Assembly (NCBI GenBank): GCA_964019425.1
Contig: OZ025781.1
Location: forward strand, 1,302,001-1,366,000
Length of the DNA: 64,000 nt
Reading direction: 5' to 3'
Source: Flectonema sp. DT1601
Taxonomy: Eukaryota
A model generated the notes under the pieces. That model made no database searches. It had not been told where the DNA came from and worked only from the letters and a program-made list of their open reading frames with translations. Position numbers and translations under genes: made by a program. This document shows, piece by piece, positions 24,621-36,748 of this stretch (its first letter is position 1; each line of letters begins with the position of its first letter).

Positions 24621-25432
24621 CAGTTGCAAATTTGTTTTTTCAGGTTGGACTTTGTACGGAACAGGCGGGCTTTTATTAGGGGCTCCCCCCTTGGGGGGGG
24701 TTGGGGGGGGGGGGGGGCTTGCGTCCCGCCAAGAATTTGGCGGACGCAAGCCACCCTTGCACTCTTCCCAGCTTGGTAGGCTAAAAAACAAAAAACCCGC
24801 CGCAAGCCAAATTTTTGGGTCAAGTTCGAGTCCTGGTGGACAACTTTTTTTTGTAGGGAGTTGGCGATTTCGCAAACTATTTTTGTTGAATTAGAGGTTT
24901 TCCCTTGTTTTTTTTATCGATCGACTATGTCGATTACTTTCTATTTTCCGTCCTGGTCAGGACGCTAAACTGATTGTTTTTTCTTTAAAAATAAATAAAA
25001 AGAATAAAAAAAAAAAAAAAAGGAATAAACAATGTTATCATTGTTTTTTTTTTATCGATCGACTATGTCGATTACTTACTATTTTCCGTCCTGGTCAAGA
25101 CGCTAAACTGATTGTTTTTTCTTTAAAACAATTAAAAAGGTTTAAAAAAAAAAAAAAAAAAAAAAATGAATAAACAATGTTATCATTGTTTTTTTTTCTA
25201 TCGATCAACTATGTCGATTAATTTCTATTTTCCGTCCTGATCGAGACGCTAAACTGATTGTTTCCTTTTTTTAAATAATAAATAAGAAAAAAAAAAAAAA
25301 AAAAAAAGAGCATCTCCCTGCTATCCCTCATATCCCCACAATAATATTATACCTTTTCATTTTCTCTTTCCTTTTCTGGTCTTTTTTTTTTCTTTTTTTT
25401 CCTTTTTCATACAACGTTTTTTATTTATATAT

Positions 25433-27092
25433 TAGTCATTCCAAAAATAACCGGCCGCGAAAACCAGTTTTGCTTCGAGCAGCCATTGGTCAAAAATGCA
25501 TCCATTTTCGAGATTTTTTACGAGGTGGAAAGGTTCGGCCCCAATCTCTGATTTTACGCGGTGGGATTATTTTTTTTTCACTTTTTTTACTGACCGTTAG
25601 AACCCGACAGGTGCGTTATGGGTACTAAGAGAATGTCACTGTCGGCATGGAAAAGTTAATCCTGTTGCTGCATTTAATTTTTTTCTGGAAAAAAAAGGGA
25701 AATGCATCAGAGATTGGCATTTTTTCTCATAACTACACTTATTATTCCCTTAAGCACCAGCTTAAACTTCTCTCAATGAAGTGTCACACGTGCCACGAGA
25801 TGCCAGCTGAGTGCTCCTCAGACAACTACAACTGCACCTCGCACACTAACGCGAAAAGACGGAATCCGAAGTTCAACAAGCTTCTTGAGCCACTTCGCGG
25901 TAGTCTTGAAATCCCGGCGTATGCTCCTCTGCGCTCAATCTGCAACGCTTGCTACCAGCGAGCAAAAAGGCTGACTAGTGATCCGCATTACGCATCCGTC
26001 AGTATCCCTGCAGAGCCGATCAATCCGGAACCGCTCTCAGATATTTTTGAACGCGTGAAAGAATCAGTTCCTGCTGTCCGTTCTCAGTTTTTGAGACTCT
26101 GTCTCACGCTAGGCTACACTGATAGCCAGATTAATGCCCATGTCAGGGATTCTTCAATGCGTAAGCAGCTACAGAGGCTGGAACAGCACGATCCCTCCCA
26201 ATCAGTAAAGCAGCGCAGCCAAGACAGAGATATCTGGAACTTCTGGATTTCCAATGCACGCCCTGAGTCAAACCGCGTGGTCCTCAGCAAAGACTACATA
26301 ACCGGCGAGACAAGTAAAGAAACAGTCCTCTATGTAAGAGAACCATACCTTGCCTTGTGGAGTGCCTTCTGCAGAACTCACACAGCTATCTCATATCCTC
26401 AGTTTTGTGACAAAAGGCCTGCTCATGTCAAATCTTGTCCGAATAACCCTCGATGCCGTTGCAGGTGGCACATGCAAATTGCACTTATCCTTCCTGCTTA
26501 TATAAGACTTGTGGGCCTGAGAAGATTTCAGCTAACCCGCTTGAGTGACCACCTACCACTCATACTATGTCGAGACCCGTCTTACAACTGCTTCTTTGGC
26601 CACTGAATCTAGTTCTAGTTCCAGTTTCAGATCGCTGCGTTCAACTAGTTCTATTATCGGTTCATTGCCGGTAGGAAAACGAAGAAAGCCAGCAGTAAAA
26701 GTTGCCAAAAGAGCTAAGCCTAATCAAAAATAAAAATAAGCTAAGTGTAGTGTAAGATGTACAAGGTACTGTTTTGCTTCGAGCAGCCTTTGTAACTGTT
26801 TCAGAGTAAAACATCCGACCAGGTACGGCCGGATATAGAACCATATACCGATCTTTCATTTTAGCACCCGGGGCAGCCGATTAGACATCAACAGTTCCAT
26901 TATTCAAAATTTTCACCACACAAAAATGTCACAATTTTTTTGAATTTTAGCTGCATTTTTTTGAATCGCAGCGGGAATGAAATCAGCGGTGCAAAAGCGA
27001 TTAAAATGGGTATTCGGTTTTAAGTTTTACTCCCTATTTTCACCTATGAAATACTGGAACCCTAAAATGGACGGTTATTTTTGGAATGACTA
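25433..27092 (+). mobile_element. TIR DNA transposon (21 bp TIR TAGTCATTCCAAAAATAACCG) with truncated transposase
   Basis: Perfect TIRs and ATAT flanks; terminal AGTCATTCC shared with the 18414 MITE. Confidence 0.85.
25776..26606 (+). pseudogene. N-terminal part of a probable Sola-type transposase; catalytic domain apparently deleted
   Basis: ISYPQFCDKRPAHV...CRCRWH...LC...C resembles the F..xRP..V / CxCxxH region I recall upstream of the DDD core in Sola2-like transposases; lies between TIRs. Confidence 0.5.
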
Positions 27093-27100
27093 ATATATAT

Positions 27101-28511
27101 GAGGACGTGCCAAAAGTAGGGCCTATTTTGTACCACGGGTAACTGCTGGCCTCTAAATCTTGGTCTGAGCACTTTTTTGGCCCACTCTGTATATTAGAAA
27201 ACTCAATTCCGGGTCTGGGATACAACTTTACTTGTCACCAGTTCAAAAATTCTGCAATTTTTAGGGGAAATTGACTGTATTACACTGTAAGATGCTTGTG
27301 CACAGTTGAGACCAATTTGTAAGGTAGTAGTAGGAGAGTGTCACTCGCTTGAATCACAGCTTCACAAATAACAATGACAATTAAGGATACTCTAGAACGA
27401 GAGCCACTGTGACGGGCATTTCGGCAGCATATCAAATGTCATCCAGACCTCATCGAGAGTGGGCACCGGTGCGTACCCTCACCGAGGTGGCAGGCGTACT
27501 CCGAACGCTCAGCGACACAACACTTGTATTCCTCTTCTTTGAAGAGCAAGAAGTGAGTGTGCAGAACCTCCGCATCCCAGCCGTAACCAGCATCCCCACC
27601 TACCGAAAGGATACTTCAGGTCAGATATATATCACAGCTTTCTCTGACGAAAACCCGCAATTTGCACTTGACGGAGGTAAGGCTACTTTGCTACTGAACC
27701 ACAAGCCCAAAATATCAGATAAGCTTCCCCTTACTAGAGCTGAGAAGAGCACTATTGGATCTACACCCCTTGACACAACCGCGGACAACAACAAGTTTGC
27801 AGAGATAGAGCACAGTCAGCATATCGATTCCCTGAAGAATAAACGAGCAAGAAAAGAAGCCTTTTTTGAAAGGTTAGACAGGGAGCACACCATCCAACAA
27901 CGAGCCTGCAAACGGAAAAGTGCCCCCGCCGAGAAGCCTGTTAGAAAGAAGCGCCAATGCAGCCAGTGCAGCTCTCTTACTCATGATCTCCGAAATTGTC
28001 CAGACCGTCGTTCTGAACCCGAAAGCTCTGATTCAAGTAGCAGTGTAACCCCTTAAAAAACATAAGTGTGTACAACATTATTAGTAAGTTAGTGTAGGTG
28101 CAGAATGCACACGAATGATCAATATCAGTCCATCAGTCCTCTTAGCTTCGCTGCTTGTGCCAAAACTTACGTATTAATTTTGTCATGCAGTTTCTAAATT
28201 CATCGGATGGGGATGAGTCTGCTTGCCCAGGATATGGAGTTCGACAGCCACGGAGAACAATGCATCTAATTACAGAGGTCTGATATGTGAAGTAAACCTG
28301 CCCCCTGTGTGTGTACTGCATAACACAGTAATACAGTCAATTTCCCCTAAAAATTGCAGAATTTTTGAACTGGTGACAAGTAAAGTTGTATCCCAGACCC
28401 GGAATTGAGTTTTCTAATATACAGAGTGGGCCAAAAAAGTGCTCAGACCAAGATTTAGAGGCCGGCAGTTACCCGTGGTACAAAATGGTACCCTACTTTT
28501 GGCATCCTCTC
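27101..28511 (+). mobile_element. TIR DNA transposon with GAG...CTC termini and ~190 bp TIRs
   Basis: 27101-~27290 mirrors ~28325-28511; TIR related to the 16623 element (GAGGAC.TG.CAAAAGT; TCAATTCCGGGT.TGGGAT); (AT)n flanks. Confidence 0.9.
27409..28056 (+). CDS. Transposon-borne ORF with basic NLS-like patch and C-terminal CCHC zinc knuckle
   Basis: RKKRQCSQCSSLTHDLRNCP fits C-x2-C-x4-H-x4-C; start codon uncertain. Confidence 0.5.
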   Translation: MTGISAAYQMSSRPHREWAPVRTLTEVAGVLRTLSDTTLVFLFFEEQEVSVQNLRIPAVTSIPTYRKDTSGQIYITAFSDENPQFALDGGKATLLLNHKPKISDKLPLTRAEKSTIGSTPLDTTADNNKFAEIEHSQHIDSLKNKRARKEAFFERLDREHTIQQRACKRKSAPAEKPVRKKRQCSQCSSLTHDLRNCPDRRSEPESSDSSSSVTP

Positions 28512-28573
28512 ATATATATATATTTTTTTTTTTTTTTTCATGTTTGATTATTTCCTCTTCATTTTTTTTTTTC

Positions 28574-28605
<32 letters not shown>

Positions 28606-28795
28606 CTCTGCCTCTCTCTTAATTCTGTTCGTTTCTTTGAAACGAAAATTCATTTGAATATTATTCCTTGGTCAGCAACCATCATTGTCGCCCTTTGGGC
28701 CTGTTAAAAAAAAATAAAAATAAAAAGAAAGTTTACATCGGGAATAGGGCAGGAGCCAAAAGCTCCCAGTCCGTTACTTCCCACTTTATCGAAAT

Positions 28796-30532
28796 CCATG
28801 GTTGAAATACTCTGGCAACTGATCTTCAATTTTATGTTGTTTGTTAGCTGCTGGTGTATCTTGATCATGTGTTGATACTTGCATTTTTTTATTTGTAATC
28901 TTCTATTACAATCACTCTTGCCTATATCTTTTCTTTTTATTCTCTTTCTGTTCTGGTCTGTTACTTCATTTGTCTTGTTTAACTTCAGTTATATCCATTT
29001 TACTTTTTATTGTTTCCCATCTACTTTTTATTTTCTATTAGTTCTGGTCAGAAACTCCTGGGCAGCAAGAAGGAAAGCAGTTTAGTACTTCTGGGTGTTT
29101 GGCATCACCCCCCATAGTGAGCAAGTACAACAGGTAGCATTGGTAGTCTGTTGATCCTGAGTGATCCCAGCTACAGTTTTGTTTTTCTTTCTTTTTTTTA
29201 GAAGAAGATCAGGACATCCTAGCACTGCTGGATAGTTGCTGAATGCAGGGCCTGCCTGTGGCATTATAATAACAGGCTAAGTCATTTGTAGTTCATAGTT
29301 TACCTTTGATTTTATAACTTCACACAGGGTACTATGAACGATGAGAGATCCAGTGGGATCACTCAGGGTCTAGTAGAGACCACCAATGTTGTGTGTTGAT
29401 AGGCAAGGTGACCAACCTTGACATTCTTTCTTTTCTCTCCTGTTGTGACAAACACAAAATACACACACAGCTTACAGTGTGTTCTTTGTGTATGTTTTCT
29501 TCAGGTGTGAGTAGTTTTTTTGTTCTTGCTCTTCAGGGAGGGCCTTAGCCAAAAGCTAACAGTCCAAATCTCACCTGGTAACTTAACTCGACCCTGAGTG
29601 ATCCCACTGGATCTCTCATCGTTCATAGTACCTATGTGAAGTTATAAAATCTAAGGTAAACTATGAACTACAAATGACTTAGCCTGTTATTATAATGCCA
29701 CAGGCAGGCCCTGCATTCAGCAACTATCCAGCAGTGCTTGGATGTCCTGATCTTCTTCTAAAAAAAAGAAAGAAAAACAAAACTGTAGCTGGGATCACTC
29801 AGGATCAACAGACTACCAATGCTACCTGTTGTACTTGCTCACTATGGGGGGTGATGCCAAACACCCAGAAGTACTAAACTGCTTTCCTTCTTGCTGCCCA
29901 GGAGTTTCTGACCAGAACTAATAGAAAATAAAAAGTAGATGGGAAACAATAAAAAGTAAAATGGATATAACTGAAGTTAAACAAGACAAATGAAGTAACA
30001 GACCAGAACAGAAAGAGAATTGTAATAGAAGATTACAAATAAAAAAATGCAAGTATCAACACATGATCAAGATACACCAGCAGCTAACAAACAACATAAA
30101 ATTGAAGATCAGTTGCCAGAGTATTTCAACCATGGTAGAATACTCGCCCCTCTGGCAGGGATTATCCCAGACTTGTCCTTTAATTTAGTTGGACACCATG
30201 GCTTACAACCCTTCCAGAGGGAAGCACCATTATGACCTCTATTTTTTTTCTTCAAGAAAATCATAAGGTGGGAACAAAGAAAAATGCTAAGAGGAACCCC
30301 TTATTAACACCTAAGACATCTAAACTGCAGCCCAGCTTATGCCCAATGCACTAACAGGTCATTCCCTCACACTCAGATCAAAAAATCAAAGTTCAGAGTG
30401 CATCTTAGCGTGAATGAGAGAATTTCCTCCCGCTTTTTTTGAACAAAAGGGATAGGAGAAGGGATAGAAAACGAACATAACAATAAGATTCTAAGTGAGA
30501 AACACTTAGCAGAAACACTTAGCAGCTTTTAA
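28796..30532. mobile_element. Family A sense copy (28796-29589) followed by an antisense copy (29590-30532)
   Basis: Mirror-image 60 aa ORF calls at 29082-29264 (-) and 29695-29877 (+). Confidence 0.85.
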
Positions 30533-31078
30533 TAATAAGAATTTAAAAAAAAAAAAAAAGAATAAACAATGTTATCATTGTTTTTTTATCGATCGACTAT
30601 GTCGATCGCTTTCTATTTTCCGTCCTGGTCAAGACGCTAAACTGATTGTTTTTTCTTTAAAATAATAAAAAGGATTAAAAAAAAGGAAAAAAAAAAAAAA
30701 AAAAGAATAAACAATTGTATCATTGTTTTTTTATCGATCGACTATGTCGATTACTTTCTATTTTCCGTCCTGGTCAAGACGCTAAACTGATTGTTTTTTT
30801 TTTCAAAATTAATAAATAAGAATATAAAAAAAAAACAAAAAAAAAAAGAATAAACAATGTTATCATTGTTTTTTTTTATCGTTCGACTTTGTCGACTAAT
30901 TTTTATTTTCCGTTTTTTTTTTCTTTAAAAAATAAATAATAAGAATTTAAAAAAAAAAAAAAAGAATAAACAATGTTATCATTGTTTTTTTATCGATCGA
31001 CTATGTCGATCGCTTTCTATTTTCCGTCCTGGTCAAGACGCTAAACTGATTGTTTTTTCTTTAAAATAATAAAAAGGA

Positions 31079-31110
<32 letters not shown>

Positions 31111-31166
31111 TAAACAATGTTATCATTGTTTTTTTATCGATCGACTATGTCGATCACTTTCTATTT
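30533..31166 (+). repeat. B satellite
   Basis: Tandem monomers. Confidence 0.9.
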
Positions 31167-31517
31167 CTGAATGCAGGGCCTGCCTGTGGCATTATAATAA
31201 CAGGCTAAGTCATTTTTAGTTCATAGTTTACCTTTGATTTTATAACTTCACACAGGGTACTATGAACGATGAGAGATCCAGTGGGATCACTCAGGGTCTA
31301 GTAGAGACCACCAATGTTGTGCGTTGATAGGCAAGGTGACCAACCTTGACATTCTTTCTTTTCTCTCCTGTTGTGACAAACACAAAATACACACACAGCT
31401 TACAGTGTGTTCTTTGTGTATGTTTTCTTCAGGTGTGAGTAGTTTTTTTGTTCTTGCTCTTCAGGGAGGGCCTTAGCCAAAAGCTAACAGTCCAAATCTC
31501 ACCTGGTAAACTCAACT
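31167..31517 (+). mobile_element. Family A 3' fragment
   Basis: Ends CTGGTAAACTCAACT. Confidence 0.8.
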
Positions 31518-34295
31518 ATTTTTTAAAGAAAAAAAAAACGGAAAATAAAAATTAGTCGACAAAGTCGAACGATAAAAAAAAACAATGATAACATTGTTTA
31601 TTCTTTTTTTTTTGTTTTTTTTTTATATTCTTATTTATTAATTTTGAAAAAAAAAACAATCAGTTTAGCGTCTTGACCAGGACGGAAAATAGAAAGTAAT
31701 CGACATAGTTGATCGATAAAAAAACAATGATAACATTGTTTATTCTTTTTTTTTTAAATTCTTTTTATTTATTTTTTAAAGAAAAAAAAACGGAAAATAG
31801 AAATTAGTCGACAAAGTCGAACGATAAAAAAACAATGATAACATTGTTTATTCTTTTTTTTTTTATTTTTTTTATATTTTTTTTTAATTAATTTTGAAAA
31901 AAAAAAACAATCAGTTTAGCGTCTTGACCAGGACGGAAAATAGAAAGTGATCGACATAGTCGATCGATAAGAAAACAATGATAACATTGTTTATTCTTTT
32001 TTTTTTTCATTTTAAATTCTTTTTATTAATTTTTAAAGAAAAAAAACGGAAAATAGAAATTAGTCGACAAAGTCGAACGAGAAAAAAAAACAATGATAAC
32101 ATTGTTTATTCTTTTTTTTGTATTTTTTTTATATTCTTTTCTATTAATTTTGAAAAAAAAAACAATCAGTTTTGCGTCTTGACCAGGACGGAAAATAGAA
32201 AGTGATCGACATAGTCGATCGATAAAAAAAACAATGATAATATTGTTTATTCTTTTTTTTTTTTTTTTTTTTTAAATTCTTTTTATTTATTTTTTAAAGA
32301 AAAAAATGGAAAATAGAAAATAGTCAACAAAGTCGAACGATAAAAAAAAACAATGATAACATTGTTTATTCTATTTTTTTATTTTTTTTTTTTTTTCTAT
32401 TCTTTTTTATTAATTTTGAAGAAAAAAAAAACAATCAGTTTAGCGTCTTGACCAGGACGGAAAATAGAAAGTAATCGACATAGTCGATCGATAAAAAAAA
32501 AAAAACAATGATAACATTGTTTATTCTTTTTTATTTTTTTTAAATTCTTTTTATTTATTTTTTAAAAAGAAAAACGGAAAGTAGAAATTAGTCAACAAAG
32601 TCGAACGATAAAAAAAAAACAATGATAACATTGTTTATTCTTTTTTTTTTATTTTTTTTATATTCTTTTTTATTAATTTTTAAAAAAAAAACAATCAGTG
32701 TAGCGTCTTGACCAGGACGGAAAATAGAAAGTGATCGACATAGTCGATCGATAAAAAAACAATGATAACATTGTTTATTCTTTTTTTTTTTTTTTTAAAT
32801 TCTTATTATTTATTTTTTAAAGAAAAAAAAACGGAAAATAAAAATTAGTCGACAAAGTCGAACGATAAAAAAAAACAATGATAACATTGTTTATTCTTTT
32901 TTTTTTTATTTTAAATTCTTTTTATTAATTTTTAAAGAAAAAAAACGGAAAATAGAAATTAGTCGACAAAGTCGAACGATAAAAAAAAACAATGATTACA
33001 TTGTTTATTCTTTTTTTTGTATTTTTTTTATATTCTTTTTTATTAATTTTGAAAAAAAAAACAATCAGTTTAGCGTCTTGACCAGGACGGAAAATAGAAA
33101 GTGATCGACATAGTCGATCGATAAAAAAAAAAACAATGATAATATTGTTTATTCTTTTTTTTTTTTATTTTAAATTCTTTTTTATTAATCGACATAGTCG
33201 ATCGATAAAAAAAAACAATGATAACATTGTTTATTCCTTTTTTTTTTTTTTATATTCTTTTTCATTAATTTTGAAAAAAAAAACAAGACGGTAAATAGAA
33301 AGTAATCGACATAGTCGATCGATAAAAAAACAATGATAACATTGTTTATTCTTTTTTTTTTTTTTTTAAATTCTTATTATTTATTTTTTAAAGAAAAAAA
33401 AACGGAAAATAAAAATTAGTCGACAAAGTCGAACGATAAAAAAAAACAATGATAACATTGTTTATTCTTTTTTTTTTTATTTTAAATTCTTTTTATTAAT
33501 TTTTAAAGAAAAAAAACGGAAAATAGAAATTAGTCGACAAAGTCGAACGATAAAAAAAAACAATGATTACATTGTTTATTCTTTTTTTTGTATTTTTTTT
33601 ATATTCTTTTTTATTAATTTTGAAAAAAAAAACAATCAGTTTAGCGTCTTGACCAGGACGGAAAATAGAAAGTGATCGACATAGTCGATCGATAAAAAAA
33701 AAAACAATGATAATATTGTTTATTCTTTTTTTTTTTTTTTTTTTTTAAATTCTTTTTATTTATTTTTTAAAGAAAAAAATGGAAAATAGAAAATAGTCAA
33801 CAAAGTCGAACGATAAAAAAAAACAATGATAACATTGTTTATTCTATTTTTTTATTTTTTTTTTTTTTTCTATTCTTTTTTATTAATTTTGAAGAAAAAA
33901 AAAACAATCAGTTTAGCGTCTTGACCAGGACGGAAAATAGAAAGTAATCGACATAGTCGATCGATAAAAAAAACAATGATAACATTGTTTATTCTTTTTT
34001 TTTTTTTTTATTTTTTTTTTCTATTCTTTTTTATTAATTTTGAAGAAAAAAAAAACAATCAGTTTAGCGTCTTGACCAGGACGGAAAATAGAAAGTGATC
34101 GACATAGTCGATCGATAAAAAAAAACAATGATAACATTGTTTATTCTTTTTTATTTTTTTAAAATTTTTTTTATTTATTTTTTAAAAAGAAAAAAAAACG
34201 GAAAATAGAAATTAGTCAACAAAGTCGAACGATAAAAAAACAATGATAACATTGTTTATTCTTTTTTTTTTTTTTTTATTTCTTTTTATTTATTA
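31518..34295 (-). repeat. B satellite, inverted array
   Basis: Reverse-complement monomers throughout. Confidence 0.95.
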
Positions 34296-35228
34296 AAAGG
34301 GCGAACAGAAACCTTCAAACTAAACGATGGCATCTAAAGGTTTTCGACTACTTGCTGAAAGTTGCTATCCGGGAAGAATGTACGAAGGGGAAGACCCCTG
34401 CACTCACAACAACATCAAAATTGAAGAGGCGCAAGGAGTCATAAGAACTGAGCTTATTTTTGTCTTTGGTGGTGTTTTCATTTGTTCTGTTCACCCTTTA
34501 GGTGGTGAATGTGTGTGTATTTTTAACGGGCAGGCAATGGCGGTTCACTTTGTCACATCACCTTTCCGAGCCCCCCTACCCCTTTTCCCCGTTAGCTCTT
34601 TTTTCAAAAAAAGTCAAAAAACCGGGTTTTACCCCCGTCCGTAATGGGTTAACTAAAAAATTATCATCAGCTTGGAACCCAATGATTACACTCACTTGTT
34701 TCTACCCCAATGAATTACCTCTCATTGTCTCTCAAGCAATATCAATATGGGTTGTCAGGCTGTCTCCTGGCAGAGATGGGAGGAGTAATGGAAAGACACC
34801 ACAGCACAGAACAGTGTGAACGAGAATGAGCCCCCTCAGTGATTAAACCCACCGCACACGCGATGCGCCGGTCCAAAGTCCGGAACCTCACCACAAGCGA
34901 TGATCAAGAAGGGTGATGGGTCACTGGGCACAAGCGATGCCCATTTAGTTGTCAAAGTGACATGTATGGCAAACTGAACAGGTTTGACATCGCACAGCAC
35001 ACCAGCACCAACGGTACCATCTGGATATCACTCACTTTTTTCACTAGAATTCACACATTTTCACACATTTTCACAGGATTTCACACATTTTCACACATTT
35101 TCACAGGATTTCACTACCAGAAAGCAGCAAAAAATTAAGTGAAAAATCGTGAAAAATCGTGAAAAATCGTGAATTTTCGTGTAGCAAAGTGAAAAATCGT
35201 GAACACCTCCACCCTGCCGATCGCCTCA

Positions 35229-35575
35229 CTTGAGAATACAACCAAAGCCCCAACTAATCGGTCCTTTCTTTTTCCTTCTTGTTAATTGATCGCTCCACTC
35301 GTCGATCACCAAAACCGATTGTATTTATATCTGTTTTATAAACGATCGGCTATGTCGATCGACCTTTAAAATAATTGTTTTCTTTTTCTCGACGATCAGA
35401 TCCAATTGATCGACCTTTTCTTTTTTTTTCTTTATTCCTCCCATCCCTCCCGCTCCCCTATTTTTAATAAAAGCGTGATCAGCTCAGCTTGATCGTTAAT
35501 TTTTTTTTTTTTATTTATTGCTGGTCCTAGTCAAGACCTTAAACTGACTAATCGGTCTTAAATTAACTAAGTATT
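35229..35575 (+). repeat. Diverged 5' part of family B
   Basis: Matches 3647-3750 and ~4000-4229. Confidence 0.75.
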
Positions 35576-36045
35576 AACTTAGTTTAGCAGAAATGCAAAA
35601 TTTTCACTTAGCAAAAATTTTTTTTTTCAGACTGATATATCAGCTCCGGTGGTGTAAGGGTTAAAAAAAAAAAAAAAAAAAGAATAAACAATGTTATCAT
35701 TGTTTTTTTTATCGATCGACTACTGTAAAGGGAAATATTCTCGCGGATTTGGAGATTTTTTTTCAAACTCGCGGGTTTTTCCCCACAAGAATATTTCCCT
35801 ACCACAGAGGATTTTTGCGAAAGCCAGCCGTTGATCAAAAATCTTGGAAATCTTTGAGCTTCCCTCGAGTGTCAGGTAGAACAAAGCACTATTGCACTTC
35901 GAAGCCGGATGAAATGAAGGAATATGAATGATGCCTTGTTGTTTAAAGGGAAGTGCTTACTCCGCAACCCACTATTTTTTTCTCTTCCAGCCGAACAACA
36001 TGTCAAACGATGAATTGAGAGGCGTCCTCGTCAGCAATCACCCTG

Positions 36046-36290
36046 TTGTCGGAGAATGTCTGGGAGGTGCGTAGGACCCGATCGAGCGTAGTGCGATTGC
36101 AGGAGGGGCTTGTCGTTCGTGAGTGCCCTCAGTATCGAAGATTCAATCTTCCATGCACTCATGCTATCAAGGTGCTGATACATCAGGGGCACAATATACT
36201 AACACATTCCACTGCCTTGCCATCCTTTGCCATGATGGATAACTTTCGAATTCCAATTTTACTCAGCTACCGTGTTCCACAATTCACCAT
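36046..36290 (+). pseudogene. SWIM zinc-finger fragment of a MULE-type transposase
   Basis: ECPQYRRFNLPCTHAIKV resembles the SWIM CxC...LPCxH motif, with the first Cys lost. Confidence 0.55.
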
Positions 36291-36748
36291 CAGATGTATG
36301 ATGCACGCGGGGGAGGGAATGTCTGTGGTGTTACATTTTTTATGGATGAAAGTGATCACAACACAAGAGAACAAACTACCTTACACGTTTTGTATGCCAA
36401 TGCCAATGCAGCGGGTTACTCAGGAAGCCTTCGCAATGCAACTTTCAAGAGCACCAATCACTATACTGTTCAAATCCAGCACCCTGAACCTCAAGAACTC
36501 CACAAGTACTTGAATCCACGGCACAACAGGAATATTCGTGAGAACGAAAACTTCAATAGCTACCTTCCTAATTAGTAGATTAAAAACCTAAACAGCAAAG
36601 CTTACCATCGAAGATATTGTATGGTAAAGGTATTCTTTAAGTCTTGTACATGCTAAAAAAGTACCTTCACCCGGAGTCGAACCTAGGCATAAATGTCCTG
36701 CGAATGTCTCGTGAATTTTATTTTCGTGTAAAGTCCCTGTTGTTGGGT

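Larger units (their letters stand above)
23701..24904. mobile_element. Non-autonomous MULE-like element (~47 bp TIR, 9 bp TSD TTGTTTTTT)
   Basis: GGGAAAACCCCTAATTCCACAAAAATAGTTTGCGAAATCGCCAACTC is mirrored at 24858-24904; TSD at 23692-23700 and 24905-24913. Confidence 0.85.
22215..25308 (+). repeat. B satellite array interrupted by a MULE-like element
   Basis: Tandem monomers on both sides of 23701-24904. Confidence 0.9.
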
